A stretch of 53,069 nucleotides of DNA from a virus (IMGVR_UViG_3300033145_002955:1-53069), one strand, 5' to 3'. Counted from the first letter of the stretch, positions 37,704 to 48,014 are shown. A program made the numbers and translations. The notes: generated from the sequence alone by a model not told the origin.

Positions 37704-38072
37704 ATGGGAAAGGTTAAGTTGACTGATGCTACGGTGGTTACACTTGAATACTATGAAACTCCATTGAACAAATATGGTTTCCTTTATGACAGCAAAGATT
37801 GGAAGACTGCACCTCGTAAAAAGACTACCATTGAAGTTCCGATTCCTTTTGACTACGATAAGAGGAATGAGATAGTTGAAGTAGCTATTGAGGCGATTCT
37901 TAAGATTTCCCCGGAGGAGGCGGATTATGACAAAAAGTTGGTTCAATATGGAGTGATTGTTAATAGTGTGCAAAGGGCATATTACAAGATAGCAATTTAT
38001 GATGATAGTGAGGAAAGGAAACGAATTCCCCGTCCTCCTGTACCAAAGCCGCAGTTGCTTCACAAGGGTTAG
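37704..38072 (+). CDS. Hypothetical protein
   Basis: SD AGGAGG before ATG 37704. Confidence 0.65.
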   Translation: MGKVKLTDATVVTLEYYETPLNKYGFLYDSKDWKTAPRKKTTIEVPIPFDYDKRNEIVEVAIEAILKISPEEADYDKKLVQYGVIVNSVQRAYYKIAIYDDSEERKRIPRPPVPKPQLLHKG

Positions 38073-38088
38073 ATTAGGAGGTGAAAAA

Positions 38089-38295
38089 ATGAAAAACATA
38101 CGAGAACTGGTATATGAGCAACTTCTTGCTATCGGGGCAGAAGGTTTGTGCAATCCCGATTTGGAGTGTGGGTGCTCGATTGATGATTTGATGCCCTGTG
38201 GTGAGCCGGAAATCGAGTATTGTGTTGCGGCGAGGCGTTCTTTCGATAGTGAAAAAGATGATTATTTCATCCCGCTTCTGTCTGGAGGTGAGTGA
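38089..38295 (+). CDS. Cys-rich small protein
   Basis: SD GGAGG; GLC...ECGC...LMPC...C. Confidence 0.6.
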   Translation: MKNIRELVYEQLLAIGAEGLCNPDLECGCSIDDLMPCGEPEIEYCVAARRSFDSEKDDYFIPLLSGGE

Positions 38296-38588
38296 TAATG
38301 GGAGACGGTATTGCAACACCAAAGGAGCGTTATTGGATAGCGTATGAGGATGATGGTCCGATTGGAGCCGGTGTTCCGGAGGATTATCCCCGAAGGAGTT
38401 TATATTATACCGATGACATTGATACGTTGCGAGCGTTTGTGGATGCTGTAGAACGACGAAAGTTGAAGCGTTTCCGACCTCGAATCATTCGAGTCTATAC
38501 ACAATATTTTGATTCTCCTGAAACTGGAAATGTTTTTGAGTTGAATATGCCTTCATCAATAGAGGAGATAAATAATGGCACGAGTTGA
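38292..38588 (+). CDS. Hypothetical protein
   Basis: SD GGAGG, coupled. Confidence 0.55.
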   Translation: MIMGDGIATPKERYWIAYEDDGPIGAGVPEDYPRRSLYYTDDIDTLRAFVDAVERRKLKRFRPRIIRVYTQYFDSPETGNVFELNMPSSIEEINNGTS

Positions 38589-38982
38589 GTTGATGTTGAG
38601 GCTAATCAAGGATGGGAAAATCGTGGGATATGAATATCACCAGGGAGGTGACATTTTTCATACGAAATCACTTTCTGCTGAACATTTTTGGAAGGTTGCA
38701 GGGAAAAAGGACCGAAAACCGTCAGAGTGGATAGAGCATGATTCATTTGATTTCGGTGTTCTGATTGATGACAAATGGTTGTTTGAGAATGATGTGGTGC
38801 AGGTAAGCGATTTGAGAAGCTATCAATGTCTTAGTGTGGTGAAAAGTGACAGATTCGGGGCACTATTCGTAACATACACTCCTCTTGGTTCGTCTGTAGG
38901 ATATCCCGTCTATGTCAACGATTTTTCGTTAATAGACAAGCGGATTGAGATTGTTGGAAACATCTACGACATGAAATTTTGA
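38575..38982 (+). CDS. YopX-like protein
   Basis: LFENDVV...IEIVGNIYD C-terminal signature. Confidence 0.65.
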   Translation: MARVELMLRLIKDGKIVGYEYHQGGDIFHTKSLSAEHFWKVAGKKDRKPSEWIEHDSFDFGVLIDDKWLFENDVVQVSDLRSYQCLSVVKSDRFGALFVTYTPLGSSVGYPVYVNDFSLIDKRIEIVGNIYDMKF

Positions 38983-38998
38983 GCGGGGGGCATTTACA

Positions 38999-39244
38999 AT
39001 GGCCGGTATGAGAAACATTTATGGCAAGCCAGCAGCGGGTGAATGGAAGAAATGGAAACCGTTTGACGATTCAGCAAAAACCGGACAAAAAATCTTGGTG
39101 CTGTTTGAGGATGGGTACATGGATATTTATAGGTGGGACAGTGAAAACGAATTGTGGGTAAATATGAACGATGTATGTTTCACAGATGGCGACATGTCAT
39201 ATTTTGACGTTATCGCTTGGGCAGAGATTAATGTGGAGGCGTGA
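38999..39244 (+). CDS. DUF551-like protein
   Basis: W...GQKILV...W...VIAW pattern. Confidence 0.5.
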   Translation: MAGMRNIYGKPAAGEWKKWKPFDDSAKTGQKILVLFEDGYMDIYRWDSENELWVNMNDVCFTDGDMSYFDVIAWAEINVEA

Positions 39245-39246
39245 AA

Positions 39247-39402
39247 ATGTTTGAGGAGCAGATACACATTTCGTTGTTTGAGATTTGGTGGACGATGCTG
39301 AACGACCCGGTTTTGATGTTGTGTTTTCTGTCGTTGTCTATGCTGTCTGCAGGCATCATAATGTTCATTTCAATTTTCAGGAAAAGGAATGATGGAAAAT
39401 AA
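39247..39402 (+). CDS. Small membrane protein (below ORF-track cutoff)
   Basis: SD GGAGG; MFEEQIH...one TM...RKRNDGK. Confidence 0.5.
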   Translation: MFEEQIHISLFEIWWTMLNDPVLMLCFLSLSMLSAGIIMFISIFRKRNDGK

Positions 39403-39646
39403 AATGCTATGTCCAAATTGTGGGAAAAATCCGGCAAGCAAATGCAGACACCTGATTAAATACGGAGGATATGGTGACCCCGTAGAATATGATTGTAATT
39501 TCTGGTGGGATGATACCTTGGTTGGTGATAATACACCATCTTGCGAAGAATGTCCTCTCGCTTGGTGTGATGAGTGTAGGGAATACGCACTTGCCAATTG
39601 GTATGCAGCAATGCAAGCGGCGATTTATATGGCTAAAACGGAGTGA
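39389..39646 (+). CDS. Cys-rich protein
   Basis: CPNC, CEECP, CDEC. Confidence 0.55.
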   Translation: MMENKMLCPNCGKNPASKCRHLIKYGGYGDPVEYDCNFWWDDTLVGDNTPSCEECPLAWCDECREYALANWYAAMQAAIYMAKTE

Positions 39647-39658
39647 AAGGAGGAGGCA

Positions 39659-39928
39659 ATGATACTCAAAATCAAGGACAAAGATGAAAATTGGTGGTTC
39701 TATGATGGCATTGTGTGGGTTACAATTTCATCCAAAAGGGAAATGAAGGCACACTCCTTCGATAGCGGGGATACGTGTACATTTTTTGAACCCTATGAAA
39801 CCAGGAACGGAAAGTTTTTGGCGAGGCATGTCATGATAAAGACGGAAAATGGTGATATACGGAACTTTGAAATTGCTGTGGATGCTTGGATTTTGAATGA
39901 CAATGGCAAGGTCATCACTGCGATATGA
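39659..39928 (+). CDS. Hypothetical protein
   Basis: SD GGAGGAGG; WILNDNGK C-terminus. Confidence 0.65.
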   Translation: MILKIKDKDENWWFYDGIVWVTISSKREMKAHSFDSGDTCTFFEPYETRNGKFLARHVMIKTENGDIRNFEIAVDAWILNDNGKVITAI

Positions 39929-39946
39929 CGAAAGGAGGAAAAAACG

Positions 39947-40162
39947 ATGGAGTGGGAAGACGTCGAAAATGCAAGGATTGAAGCGGCAAGGTTTTTGAAA
40001 AAGGTGGCAGAGTTGGAAAACAAGGTGAACAGGCGTAAGCGGACGGTGGGCAAGGATGGGGTTGACGGCATCTTTTTCTTCGGATGCAAGGAGACTGCCG
40101 CAGTGAAAAGGGCGTCACTTGATTTGAGCAGGGCTTTAACGGAACTTCGCAGACGGAGGTGA
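39947..40162 (+). CDS. Small helical hypothetical protein
   Basis: SD AGGAGG. Confidence 0.65.
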   Translation: MEWEDVENARIEAARFLKKVAELENKVNRRKRTVGKDGVDGIFFFGCKETAAVKRASLDLSRALTELRRRR

Positions 40163-40166
40163 GTGC

Positions 40167-40544
40167 ATGCCCCGTATAGATGATTTTGAGGACAAGGGAC
40201 GATATAGGCGTATCCGAAACGCCTATTTCAAGAAGAGGGACGGACGGCGCATTCTCGAGTTGCAGAAACTTTCGGAGGATGTTGATTACGCCTTCGTGCT
40301 GCTCGAAAGCATCAGCAGGAGAACAAAGGAACCCTCCATGGTCTCGGTTCCATTAAGGAACCTTTCGATGAGACTCTTTTACATGAACAATCGTAAGTAT
40401 TTCCGGACAGACAATGCAATCATCAGAAATCTTGCCAACATTCACCATTTGCACCCCGATAGAGTGAGGGCAATCGTGTTTCATAAAGAGATTCCCGATT
40501 TGTGGTATATCAAGCAGGAAAAGGGGGGATTTGAAGAGAAGTAG
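40167..40544 (+). CDS. Putative late transcription regulator (Mor-like C-terminal HTH)
   Basis: IRNLANIHHLHPDRVRAIV; last gene before the packaging operon. Confidence 0.45.
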   Translation: MPRIDDFEDKGRYRRIRNAYFKKRDGRRILELQKLSEDVDYAFVLLESISRRTKEPSMVSVPLRNLSMRLFYMNNRKYFRTDNAIIRNLANIHHLHPDRVRAIVFHKEIPDLWYIKQEKGGFEEK

Positions 40545-40576
40545 TACATCAAAAAATAGTGTATTCCATATATAGA

Positions 40577-40605
40577 TTGTGAGCCTCTTTGCACTTGTTT
40601 ATATT
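40577..40605 (+). promoter_or_regulatory. Candidate late promoter
   Basis: TTGTGA-17 bp-TATATT upstream of the terminase genes. Confidence 0.45.
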
Positions 40606-40642
40606 TGTTGAAGGCGAAACATGTTTGGAAGGAGTGGTAAAA

Positions 40643-40990
40643 GTGGCAAAGAGGCGAAAATACGGGGTTCAGCGGGAACACGAGAAGTGGATTCAGCGTC
40701 CGTATTGTAGGGCTTTTCCGTTTCGTCAGCAAACACTGAAATCATCGGTGGACGAGCTACGGGAAGCCCTTCGTGTTGTTGAACAGAAAAAGGGCAAACC
40801 CATTTTTGAGCACTTCATAGAAGCCGCCTATGAAGACAATTCCGTATTGACTGCATTGATGAAAAAGTTGATTCCCGATTTGAAGCAACTTGATGCCTTC
40901 TTGGAAATGAGAGGGCATTTCTCGTTTGAGGGCATGACGGACGAGGAGTTGGAGGAATATATCAATGAGCTTGCCGACAACGACAAATAA
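40643..40990 (+). CDS. Terminase small subunit (putative)
   Basis: Overlaps terL; ends with MTDEELEE; GTG start after GGAG. Confidence 0.6.
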   Translation: MAKRRKYGVQREHEKWIQRPYCRAFPFRQQTLKSSVDELREALRVVEQKKGKPIFEHFIEAAYEDNSVLTALMKKLIPDLKQLDAFLEMRGHFSFEGMTDEELEEYINELADNDK

Positions 40991-42572
40991 ACACGTTCTG
41001 TCTTCCCGGGACAAAAAGTTTCTGCTTGCTTTAGCTCTACGTGAAAAACGAATCAGGCAAGCAAGAAACAGTTTTTGGCATTTTTGTAAATTGATGGCAC
41101 CCGATTTCTATCAGGAGGGCAGGGTGCATTTAGAGTATTTGTGTGAAACGTTACAAATGCTCTATGAGGGCAAGCTTGGTGGCTACAAAATTCAGCACAG
41201 TTACATCGAGCAACCTTTCAGAAAACTGGCTGTCATGATGCCTCCCCGTTTCGGGAAAACGAGAACATTGATTTTGTTCTGTCAGTGGATTCTCGGCATC
41301 AACCCCACAGAGCGCATTATCGTGGCATCATATAATGATAATACGGCGAGCGATTTCTCCCGGTACGTGAGAGATGGAATTCGGATGGAGAGGAACAGTC
41401 CGTTGGATATCGTTTACAGCGACATTTTTCCCTGGTCGAAAATCAAGGAGGGTTATTCCTCATTCGAGAAATGGGCGTTGGAAGGGCAGTATTTCTCGTA
41501 TCTCGGCGCAGGCATAGGAGGCTCGGTTACGGGAAAAGGGGCAACGGTTCTGATTGTTGATGACCCGATTAAAGATGCTGAAACTGCATTCAACGACAAT
41601 GCCCTTGAGAAGATTTGGAGATGGTACACCGGCACCCTCCTTTCAAGACGTGAAAGACATGCTATCGAAATCATCAACATGACCAGGTGGAGCAGCAACG
41701 ATTTGGTTGGCAGGCTGATGGAAACTCCGCAATGGAAGGAGTGGTATCATATCACGTTGCAGGCAAGAGACAATGAGTCCGGGGAGATGCTATGTCCCGA
41801 CATCATGGATGAAGAGACCTATAAACGAGCAAGGTCCTCCATGGACCCGCTGGTTTTCATGGCGAATTATCACCAGGTCACCCTTGACGTGGAGGGGCGG
41901 TTGTACAAGAAACTGAAGACCTATAGAAAACTGCGGGTGCGATATGAGGCATACGGGGACCACATAAAACGTTTCCCGGAGGATTTTCTCATTGACAGAG
42001 TCATAGCATACGTGGACACGGCAGATGAGGGAAACGACTATCTTTGTGCAATCGTCGGTGCTGAATATAACGGGGAGTTACATATCATTGATGTTCTGTA
42101 CACGAAAGAGAGCATGGAGGTGACGGAGCGAAAGGTTGCTGAAATGCTTTGCAGGCACAAGGTGAATTTGTGCAAGATAGAAAGCAACAATGGGGGCAGG
42201 GGATTTGCGAGAAACGTCCAAAAAATCATTGCAGAGGAATTTGAGAAGGAAAGCAAGTACATAGAAACCTTGCCCGAGAAAAAGCAAAAATACTACAATA
42301 GGAAATGGCATAGGGTGGCGATTTCGTGGTTCCATCAAACGGACAACAAGAAAGCACGGATATTGTCAAATTCCTCATACGTCACCCAGCACGTTTATTT
42401 CCCATTCAATTGGAATGAGAAGTGGCCGGAGTTTTACAAGGCGATAAACACTTATCTCCGGGATGGCAAGAACAAGCACGATGATGCTCCTGATGCTTTG
42501 ACGGGGCTTGTTGAGATGGTTGTGAAGGGAGCACCGAGAGCTCGTGTGATAGATGTGTCTGCTAAATCATGA
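40965..42572 (+). CDS. terL: Terminase large subunit
   Basis: MPPRFGKT, LIVDDPIKD, MTRW, DTA, ESNNGG, HDDAPDAL. Confidence 0.95.
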   Translation: MSLPTTTNKHVLSSRDKKFLLALALREKRIRQARNSFWHFCKLMAPDFYQEGRVHLEYLCETLQMLYEGKLGGYKIQHSYIEQPFRKLAVMMPPRFGKTRTLILFCQWILGINPTERIIVASYNDNTASDFSRYVRDGIRMERNSPLDIVYSDIFPWSKIKEGYSSFEKWALEGQYFSYLGAGIGGSVTGKGATVLIVDDPIKDAETAFNDNALEKIWRWYTGTLLSRRERHAIEIINMTRWSSNDLVGRLMETPQWKEWYHITLQARDNESGEMLCPDIMDEETYKRARSSMDPLVFMANYHQVTLDVEGRLYKKLKTYRKLRVRYEAYGDHIKRFPEDFLIDRVIAYVDTADEGNDYLCAIVGAEYNGELHIIDVLYTKESMEVTERKVAEMLCRHKVNLCKIESNNGGRGFARNVQKIIAEEFEKESKYIETLPEKKQKYYNRKWHRVAISWFHQTDNKKARILSNSSYVTQHVYFPFNWNEKWPEFYKAINTYLRDGKNKHDDAPDALTGLVEMVVKGAPRARVIDVSAKS

Positions 42573-42583
42573 AAGGCTGACCC

Positions 42584-43948
42584 ATGAGAATCCTTGGTTT
42601 CGACATCACGAAGGCGGCAAAGTCCAACAAGTATTGGCGAAACATCATTTGGAAGTGGTTTTTCGGGAGGGAATGGGTTTCATCGAGTGACCAAAAATCG
42701 CTGTTGGAGGCATATCAATCGTGGGTTTACGTTTGTGCCTCTCGCAATGCCACGGTTTTCGCCACCGTTCCGTTACGCTTGTATGTGGCAAAACAGGAGA
42801 AGAATGAAGATTTACTGACTGAGACGATGTCGGTGCCGATTGAGAAGCAAATCAAGTTGAGAAATCGATATGTGCATAACCCGGTCATCAAGACCGCCGT
42901 TGAAATCGAAGAGGTTGTAGAGCATCCGCTGATTGACCTGACCACACAAGTCAACGATTTCATGAACCACACAGATTTGATGGAGCTGACTGATTTGCAC
43001 TTGGAATTGACGGGCAATGCCTATTGGTATCTCGTTCCCGGTCCTCTCGGCGTTCCGATTGAGATTTGGCCGTTGCCTCCCGAGAAAATGAGGGTTGTCC
43101 CGGACCCGGAGAAGTTCATCAGTCACTACGTTTTCATCACTTCCTACGGGAGCAAGGTGAAATTTGAACGGGACGAAATCATACATTTCAAGTGGCCGAA
43201 TCCCCGGGACCCGTATTACGGGATGAGTCCTCTTCAGGCGGTTGCGTCGATGTACAACATCAACTATAGCATGAACGAGTACGAAAAAGCGATGTTCACA
43301 AACAATGCCCGGCCTGAAGGATTCTTCTACACCGACCAGGAAATAGATGACATCACATTCGAGCGATTGAAGACGGAAATCGTCGAGATGTGGCAGGGTA
43401 TCAAGAACGTTGGCAAGACGGGGTTGCTCGATAGGAACGTGAAATTCGAGAAGGTCAATTGGTCTCCCCGTGATTTGGCGTTTTTGCAAGGCAGGAAATG
43501 GAGTAAAGCAGAGATATTCGAGGCATACGATACGCCAATCGGGTTGTTTGATGAGAAAGCGAATAGAGCGAATGCAGAGGCTGCTCAATACACCTACATG
43601 AAATTCGGGATTGCTCCCCGATTGAGGCGCTTCGAGGAGAAACTGAATGAGCGGCTTGTTCCCCGATACGATGACCGGTTGTTTGTTGCATTCGATGAGA
43701 TAGTGCCGGAGGACAAGGAATTCAGGTTGAAGGAAGACACCGAGCTGTTCAAGATAGGCGTCAAGACCATCAACGAAATCAGGACGGAACGTGGTTTGGG
43801 GGACATTGCGGGAGGAGACAGCACTTTCCTGCCGCAAACGTTTTTGCCGTTGTTGTCGGCTGGGCAAAATGAAGATGCTACTGATGAAATCATCGAAGAG
43901 CTCGCCGATGAGATAGTGGAACGTGTCATCGATGAGTTGAATGTGTGA
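42584..43948 (+). CDS. Portal protein (HK97 family)
   Basis: LELTGNAY, EIIHFK..NP...YGMSP, TINEIR. Confidence 0.93.
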   Translation: MRILGFDITKAAKSNKYWRNIIWKWFFGREWVSSSDQKSLLEAYQSWVYVCASRNATVFATVPLRLYVAKQEKNEDLLTETMSVPIEKQIKLRNRYVHNPVIKTAVEIEEVVEHPLIDLTTQVNDFMNHTDLMELTDLHLELTGNAYWYLVPGPLGVPIEIWPLPPEKMRVVPDPEKFISHYVFITSYGSKVKFERDEIIHFKWPNPRDPYYGMSPLQAVASMYNINYSMNEYEKAMFTNNARPEGFFYTDQEIDDITFERLKTEIVEMWQGIKNVGKTGLLDRNVKFEKVNWSPRDLAFLQGRKWSKAEIFEAYDTPIGLFDEKANRANAEAAQYTYMKFGIAPRLRRFEEKLNERLVPRYDDRLFVAFDEIVPEDKEFRLKEDTELFKIGVKTINEIRTERGLGDIAGGDSTFLPQTFLPLLSAGQNEDATDEIIEELADEIVERVIDELNV

Positions 43949-43957
43949 TAGAGGAAA

Positions 43958-44887
43958 ATGTCGATGTTGATTTCGGAGCTGAATTACAGGCAGTTGCTTG
44001 AACGCAAAGCGAAACTGTCCGCCTTGGTAGCGAAGAGACTTTTGGAATTGCGGGCGCAAAAGCTTTCGTATAAAACATCCATTGCCTCTATCACTGAAGT
44101 CACGTTTGAGCTCCGGAAGGACATTTGGTATCGATTTCTTTATCAAACGGAACCGCTGATAGAATCGCTTGAAAGGGAGCTACAGGAGCTTTTCGAAAAA
44201 CAGTTGACCGAAGTGTTGCGTAACGTCGAGAAACACCCGCCAGAGCGGAAATCGGGGCAAAAATTGACTCCTGACCAGCAACGTTTCATCAATTTGTGGA
44301 TGTTTGACAGAAGGGCATGGGAAAACGAGTTTGCCGAGACGATTGAAACGAATGTTTCCGGTGGTGTTTATGTCGGTGGCACGAATGCTTTACAGCAACT
44401 TGACACTCCCGTCACCTTCACCACCACCGAAAGGGAGGTCATCAGGTTCATCGAGGACATGAAATATAACGTCCCGAAACAGGTCAATGATTTCACCAAT
44501 GAGTTGTTGAAAAGAAACTTTGTGGAGGCATTGACAAACGGGGAATCAATCGCCGATGTCACCCGGCGTGTTGAAAACGTCATGCAGTTCTGCACAAGAA
44601 CGAGAGCTCGCAGAATTGCACAGACCACCATGATTGCGGCGGTCAACAAGGGGGCGATGGAAGGGAACAGGCAGAGTGGTGTTGTATGGGGAACGCAATG
44701 GATTGGTGCGTTGGATGAGCGCATTCGTCCCGACCATGAAAGGCTGACCGTGAATCAGACGGCGGTGCCTCTCGGTAAGAGATTCCCGATTGTGAATTTA
44801 GAATATCCCGGTGACCCGTCGGGGGCACCCGAGCAAATCATCAATTGCAGATGTACCACGAAACCACTGACGGAAAAACCGACATAA
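43958..44887 (+). CDS. Minor head protein (SPP1 gp7 / MuF-like)
   Basis: RARRIAQT, W....DERIRPDH, YPGDP...INCRC. Confidence 0.9.
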   Translation: MSMLISELNYRQLLERKAKLSALVAKRLLELRAQKLSYKTSIASITEVTFELRKDIWYRFLYQTEPLIESLERELQELFEKQLTEVLRNVEKHPPERKSGQKLTPDQQRFINLWMFDRRAWENEFAETIETNVSGGVYVGGTNALQQLDTPVTFTTTEREVIRFIEDMKYNVPKQVNDFTNELLKRNFVEALTNGESIADVTRRVENVMQFCTRTRARRIAQTTMIAAVNKGAMEGNRQSGVVWGTQWIGALDERIRPDHERLTVNQTAVPLGKRFPIVNLEYPGDPSGAPEQIINCRCTTKPLTEKPT

Positions 44888-44909
44888 TACCAGCAAATGG
44901 AGGCTGATT

Positions 44910-46679
44910 ATGCTACTTGTAACGCAAAAAATGAAATTCGTTGATGCTTTTCCGGACGGGCTGATTGTTTACGACCCGGAGGAAAAGAAAAAAGTTGATG
45001 TGCTTGAGAAGTATCAACTTGACGAAGGTGTCGAATTTATCAGGAAGGGCATCACCCCGAGTGACCTGAAATTTGAAGAAGGGGAAAGGGCGGTCATCGC
45101 CTATATCACTACGAACACGAAAGACAGAGACAATGAGATTGTGGAACCAAGCGGGGCGTTGCTTGATGACTATCGAAAGAATCCTATCGTCCTGTTTGGG
45201 CACAACTACCGGGATTTGCCTATCGGGAAGAACCTTTGGATTAAGGCGGACAAGAAAGGGCTGATTGCAAAAACGCAATATGCCAATCATGACATTGCCG
45301 ATAGAATTTATCAGTATCGAAAAGACGGCTTTCCCATGGCGCAGTCCATTGGATTCATCCCGGTTGTCGTCGAGGATTACGATGAAAATCATGACGAATG
45401 GAGAAAAAACGGGGTCCGGCGGAGATACAAAAAGTGGATTCTGCTCGAGTATTCGGACGTTCCCGTTCCGTCGAATCCTGATGCTTTGCAAATCGCCGTT
45501 TCAAAGGGGCTTGTTCCCGCCGAGAAAATCAACGACTACGTGATTGTTCCCGTTGACCTTTCGGAAATGGAGAAGGGCGTTATCCCGTTTCATGACTACG
45601 GCATTGCCCCGGAAGATACGGCGTGGGATGCGGCTGCTGAAGTGAGGCAGGCGGATGTCGAGACGTTGAAGAAAATGTGTGCATGGTTTGCCGGTGACGG
45701 GGAGAACAAGGGTGACTACAAGCTCCCACATCACAAAGCAAGTGGGGGAAATCCCGCGGTTTGGCGTGGTGTCGCCGCAGCGATGGCGGCGCTGCTCGGG
45801 GCGCGTGGCGGCGTCCAAATTCCCGATTCCGATAGGAAAGGGGTTTACAATCACCTTGCGAAACATTACAGGCAGTTTGACAAGGAGGTCCCGGAATTCA
45901 AGGAATATACCGAGGAAGAGCTGAAGGAAATGTTTGATTTCTTGGACGAGAATGACATCACGGGGAAAGAGGAAGATGAGCTCGATTTGGAAGGTCTGTC
46001 GGAACATGACATCAGTCAGGTGAAAGCACTGATTGAAACGTTGAAGACTACAAAACCCGGTTGGGATGAGACAAATACGTCCTTCAGGTATCGGGTGCGA
46101 AATCCGGACTTGTTTGTCGATGGAAGTTTCCGAACCGTGCCGATTAAAAGGGACAAACCCCGCGTCAACGCTGTGATGGGAAAATTGAAGGAGGACCAGC
46201 AGAAGATGGTCATTCAATCCTTGATTTTCCCAAAGGAAGATGAGTGGACGATGGAAAAGGCGAAGCAATGGTTGAGTGAACATGGGGACCTTTTGAAGGA
46301 GGTGGTTGACGGTGTGGTGAAAGAGATCATGGAGATGTTTTACGTTCCGGATGAGGAAAAAGTCGGCAGGGTTTTGTCGAGCAAGAACAAGGAAATCATC
46401 AAGAGAGCTGTTTCGGCGATGCAAGAGGCGGTTTCGGCACTTGAGGCTTTGCTCGCTTCGGTTGAAAGTGATGACAACCCCGATGATGAAAAGGCTGTTG
46501 TCGTTGAGCTTGATGATACACCGAATCCACACACAAGGGAAGTTGCCGATGTGGATGAGAAAATGATTTCCGATGTGGTAGCGAAGGAAATCAGGGAAAT
46601 GACAAAGGAGGTGGTAAAGGGCGCTTTGCAGAGGACTATACTTCGCATGAAAGGGCGAGTTGTTACTGGAGATGCTTGA
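44910..46679 (+). CDS. HK97-type prohead protease with C-terminal extra modules
   Basis: DRDNE, VLFGHN, SIGF, LLEYSDVPVPSNPDA followed by about 380 extra residues. Confidence 0.88.
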   Translation: MLLVTQKMKFVDAFPDGLIVYDPEEKKKVDVLEKYQLDEGVEFIRKGITPSDLKFEEGERAVIAYITTNTKDRDNEIVEPSGALLDDYRKNPIVLFGHNYRDLPIGKNLWIKADKKGLIAKTQYANHDIADRIYQYRKDGFPMAQSIGFIPVVVEDYDENHDEWRKNGVRRRYKKWILLEYSDVPVPSNPDALQIAVSKGLVPAEKINDYVIVPVDLSEMEKGVIPFHDYGIAPEDTAWDAAAEVRQADVETLKKMCAWFAGDGENKGDYKLPHHKASGGNPAVWRGVAAAMAALLGARGGVQIPDSDRKGVYNHLAKHYRQFDKEVPEFKEYTEEELKEMFDFLDENDITGKEEDELDLEGLSEHDISQVKALIETLKTTKPGWDETNTSFRYRVRNPDLFVDGSFRTVPIKRDKPRVNAVMGKLKEDQQKMVIQSLIFPKEDEWTMEKAKQWLSEHGDLLKEVVDGVVKEIMEMFYVPDEEKVGRVLSSKNKEIIKRAVSAMQEAVSALEALLASVESDDNPDDEKAVVVELDDTPNPHTREVADVDEKMISDVVAKEIREMTKEVVKGALQRTILRMKGRVVTGDA

Positions 46680-46742
46680 GAGGTATCAGGTAACAAGGGA
46701 TAAAATGACAATTTGAAATCATAATCAGAGGAGATGTAGGAA

Positions 46743-48014
46743 ATGGCGAAAGTAATGACCAAAGAAGAACTTGAAAAGCTCATCAAGGAGCAGGTTGAAG
46801 AGACTCTTAAGGCTCACAATCAGGAAATGACGGACACGATAGAGGGGCAAATGAAAGAGTTGATTCAGGAGGCCCTGAAAGATTTTGGCAAGGAGCGGAA
46901 AAAGACACCTTTCGATACGGGTGAAGAGGACCCGACGGGTGGATTTTCGAGCTTCGCTGAGTTTGCCAAAGCGGTGTACGATGCGGGGGAAGGGCTCACG
47001 AATCCGTCCCCGAAACTGAAGACATGGCTTGAGAAGAGCACGGCGATTGCGAAGGCGGCCGGTTCACCTTCGCAGAGCATCGGCAGTCTTCAGGCCGGCG
47101 GGGCATTGATTCCTCCCGAGTTTTCGAGGACCGCACTGACGAGAGCGAAGGAACGTTCCGCTATCTTGTCGAAGGCACGAATCATTCCGATGGCTTCGAA
47201 TGTCATCGAAGTTCCGTATTTGATGGACTTTGACAATTCTCAAGGCAAGGTCGCCGGAAACGTCAAGTTCAGGTGGGTGTCGGAAAACGAGCAGGCTACG
47301 GGAAGCCAGCTTCAGTGGAAGATGATTGAGTTGAGACTGCGGGAGGCCAATGCGTTGGTGTATGTTCCTAAAAGAATGATGGAATTTTCTCCTGTCTCGA
47401 TTGAGCCTTTCATCACGACCGCTGTTGATGAAGCTCTCGATTTGGCACTGTCTGATTCCTTCATCAACGGAACCGGAGCCGGGCAGCCTTTGGGCATTCT
47501 GAATGCTGATTGTCTCGTGACCGTTGACAAGGAGACGGGACAGTCGGCAAATACTCTCGTTTACGAAAACACGCTCAACATGCTTGCCCGATTCTACGGC
47601 AAGACGGGTGAATGGTATGCGTCGAGAACTATCATTCCGCAACTGGGGGTGATGCAGGTCACCGTTGGAACCGGTGGTTCCGCCGTGTTCATAGCGGGTG
47701 GTGCGGGTGGCAATGCGACCGGACCCTTCCCGGCACAGTTGCATGGAGCTCCCCTTGTTTACGAGCCGGTCATGCCGTCGCTCGGCACAAAGGGAGACCT
47801 GGTGCTCTGTGATTGGTCCCAGTATCTTGTGGGCGAATATACGGGTGCCTCTGGATTGCAGACTTCGGAAAGTGCCCACATCAAGTTTGACTATCGTCAG
47901 CATGCTTTCCAATTCACGTTCTACATCGATGGTCAGCCTTGGTGGCCGCAGGCATACAAGCCGAAGAACGGGGATTCGAGGAGTCCGTTTGTTGCAATCG
48001 AGACCCGGTCGTGA
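46743..48014 (+). CDS. Major capsid protein (HK97 fold)
   Basis: N-terminal coiled-coil delta domain, GGALIPPEF, WVSE, FINGTGAGQPLGIL. Confidence 0.93.
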   Translation: MAKVMTKEELEKLIKEQVEETLKAHNQEMTDTIEGQMKELIQEALKDFGKERKKTPFDTGEEDPTGGFSSFAEFAKAVYDAGEGLTNPSPKLKTWLEKSTAIAKAAGSPSQSIGSLQAGGALIPPEFSRTALTRAKERSAILSKARIIPMASNVIEVPYLMDFDNSQGKVAGNVKFRWVSENEQATGSQLQWKMIELRLREANALVYVPKRMMEFSPVSIEPFITTAVDEALDLALSDSFINGTGAGQPLGILNADCLVTVDKETGQSANTLVYENTLNMLARFYGKTGEWYASRTIIPQLGVMQVTVGTGGSAVFIAGGAGGNATGPFPAQLHGAPLVYEPVMPSLGTKGDLVLCDWSQYLVGEYTGASGLQTSESAHIKFDYRQHAFQFTFYIDGQPWWPQAYKPKNGDSRSPFVAIETRS

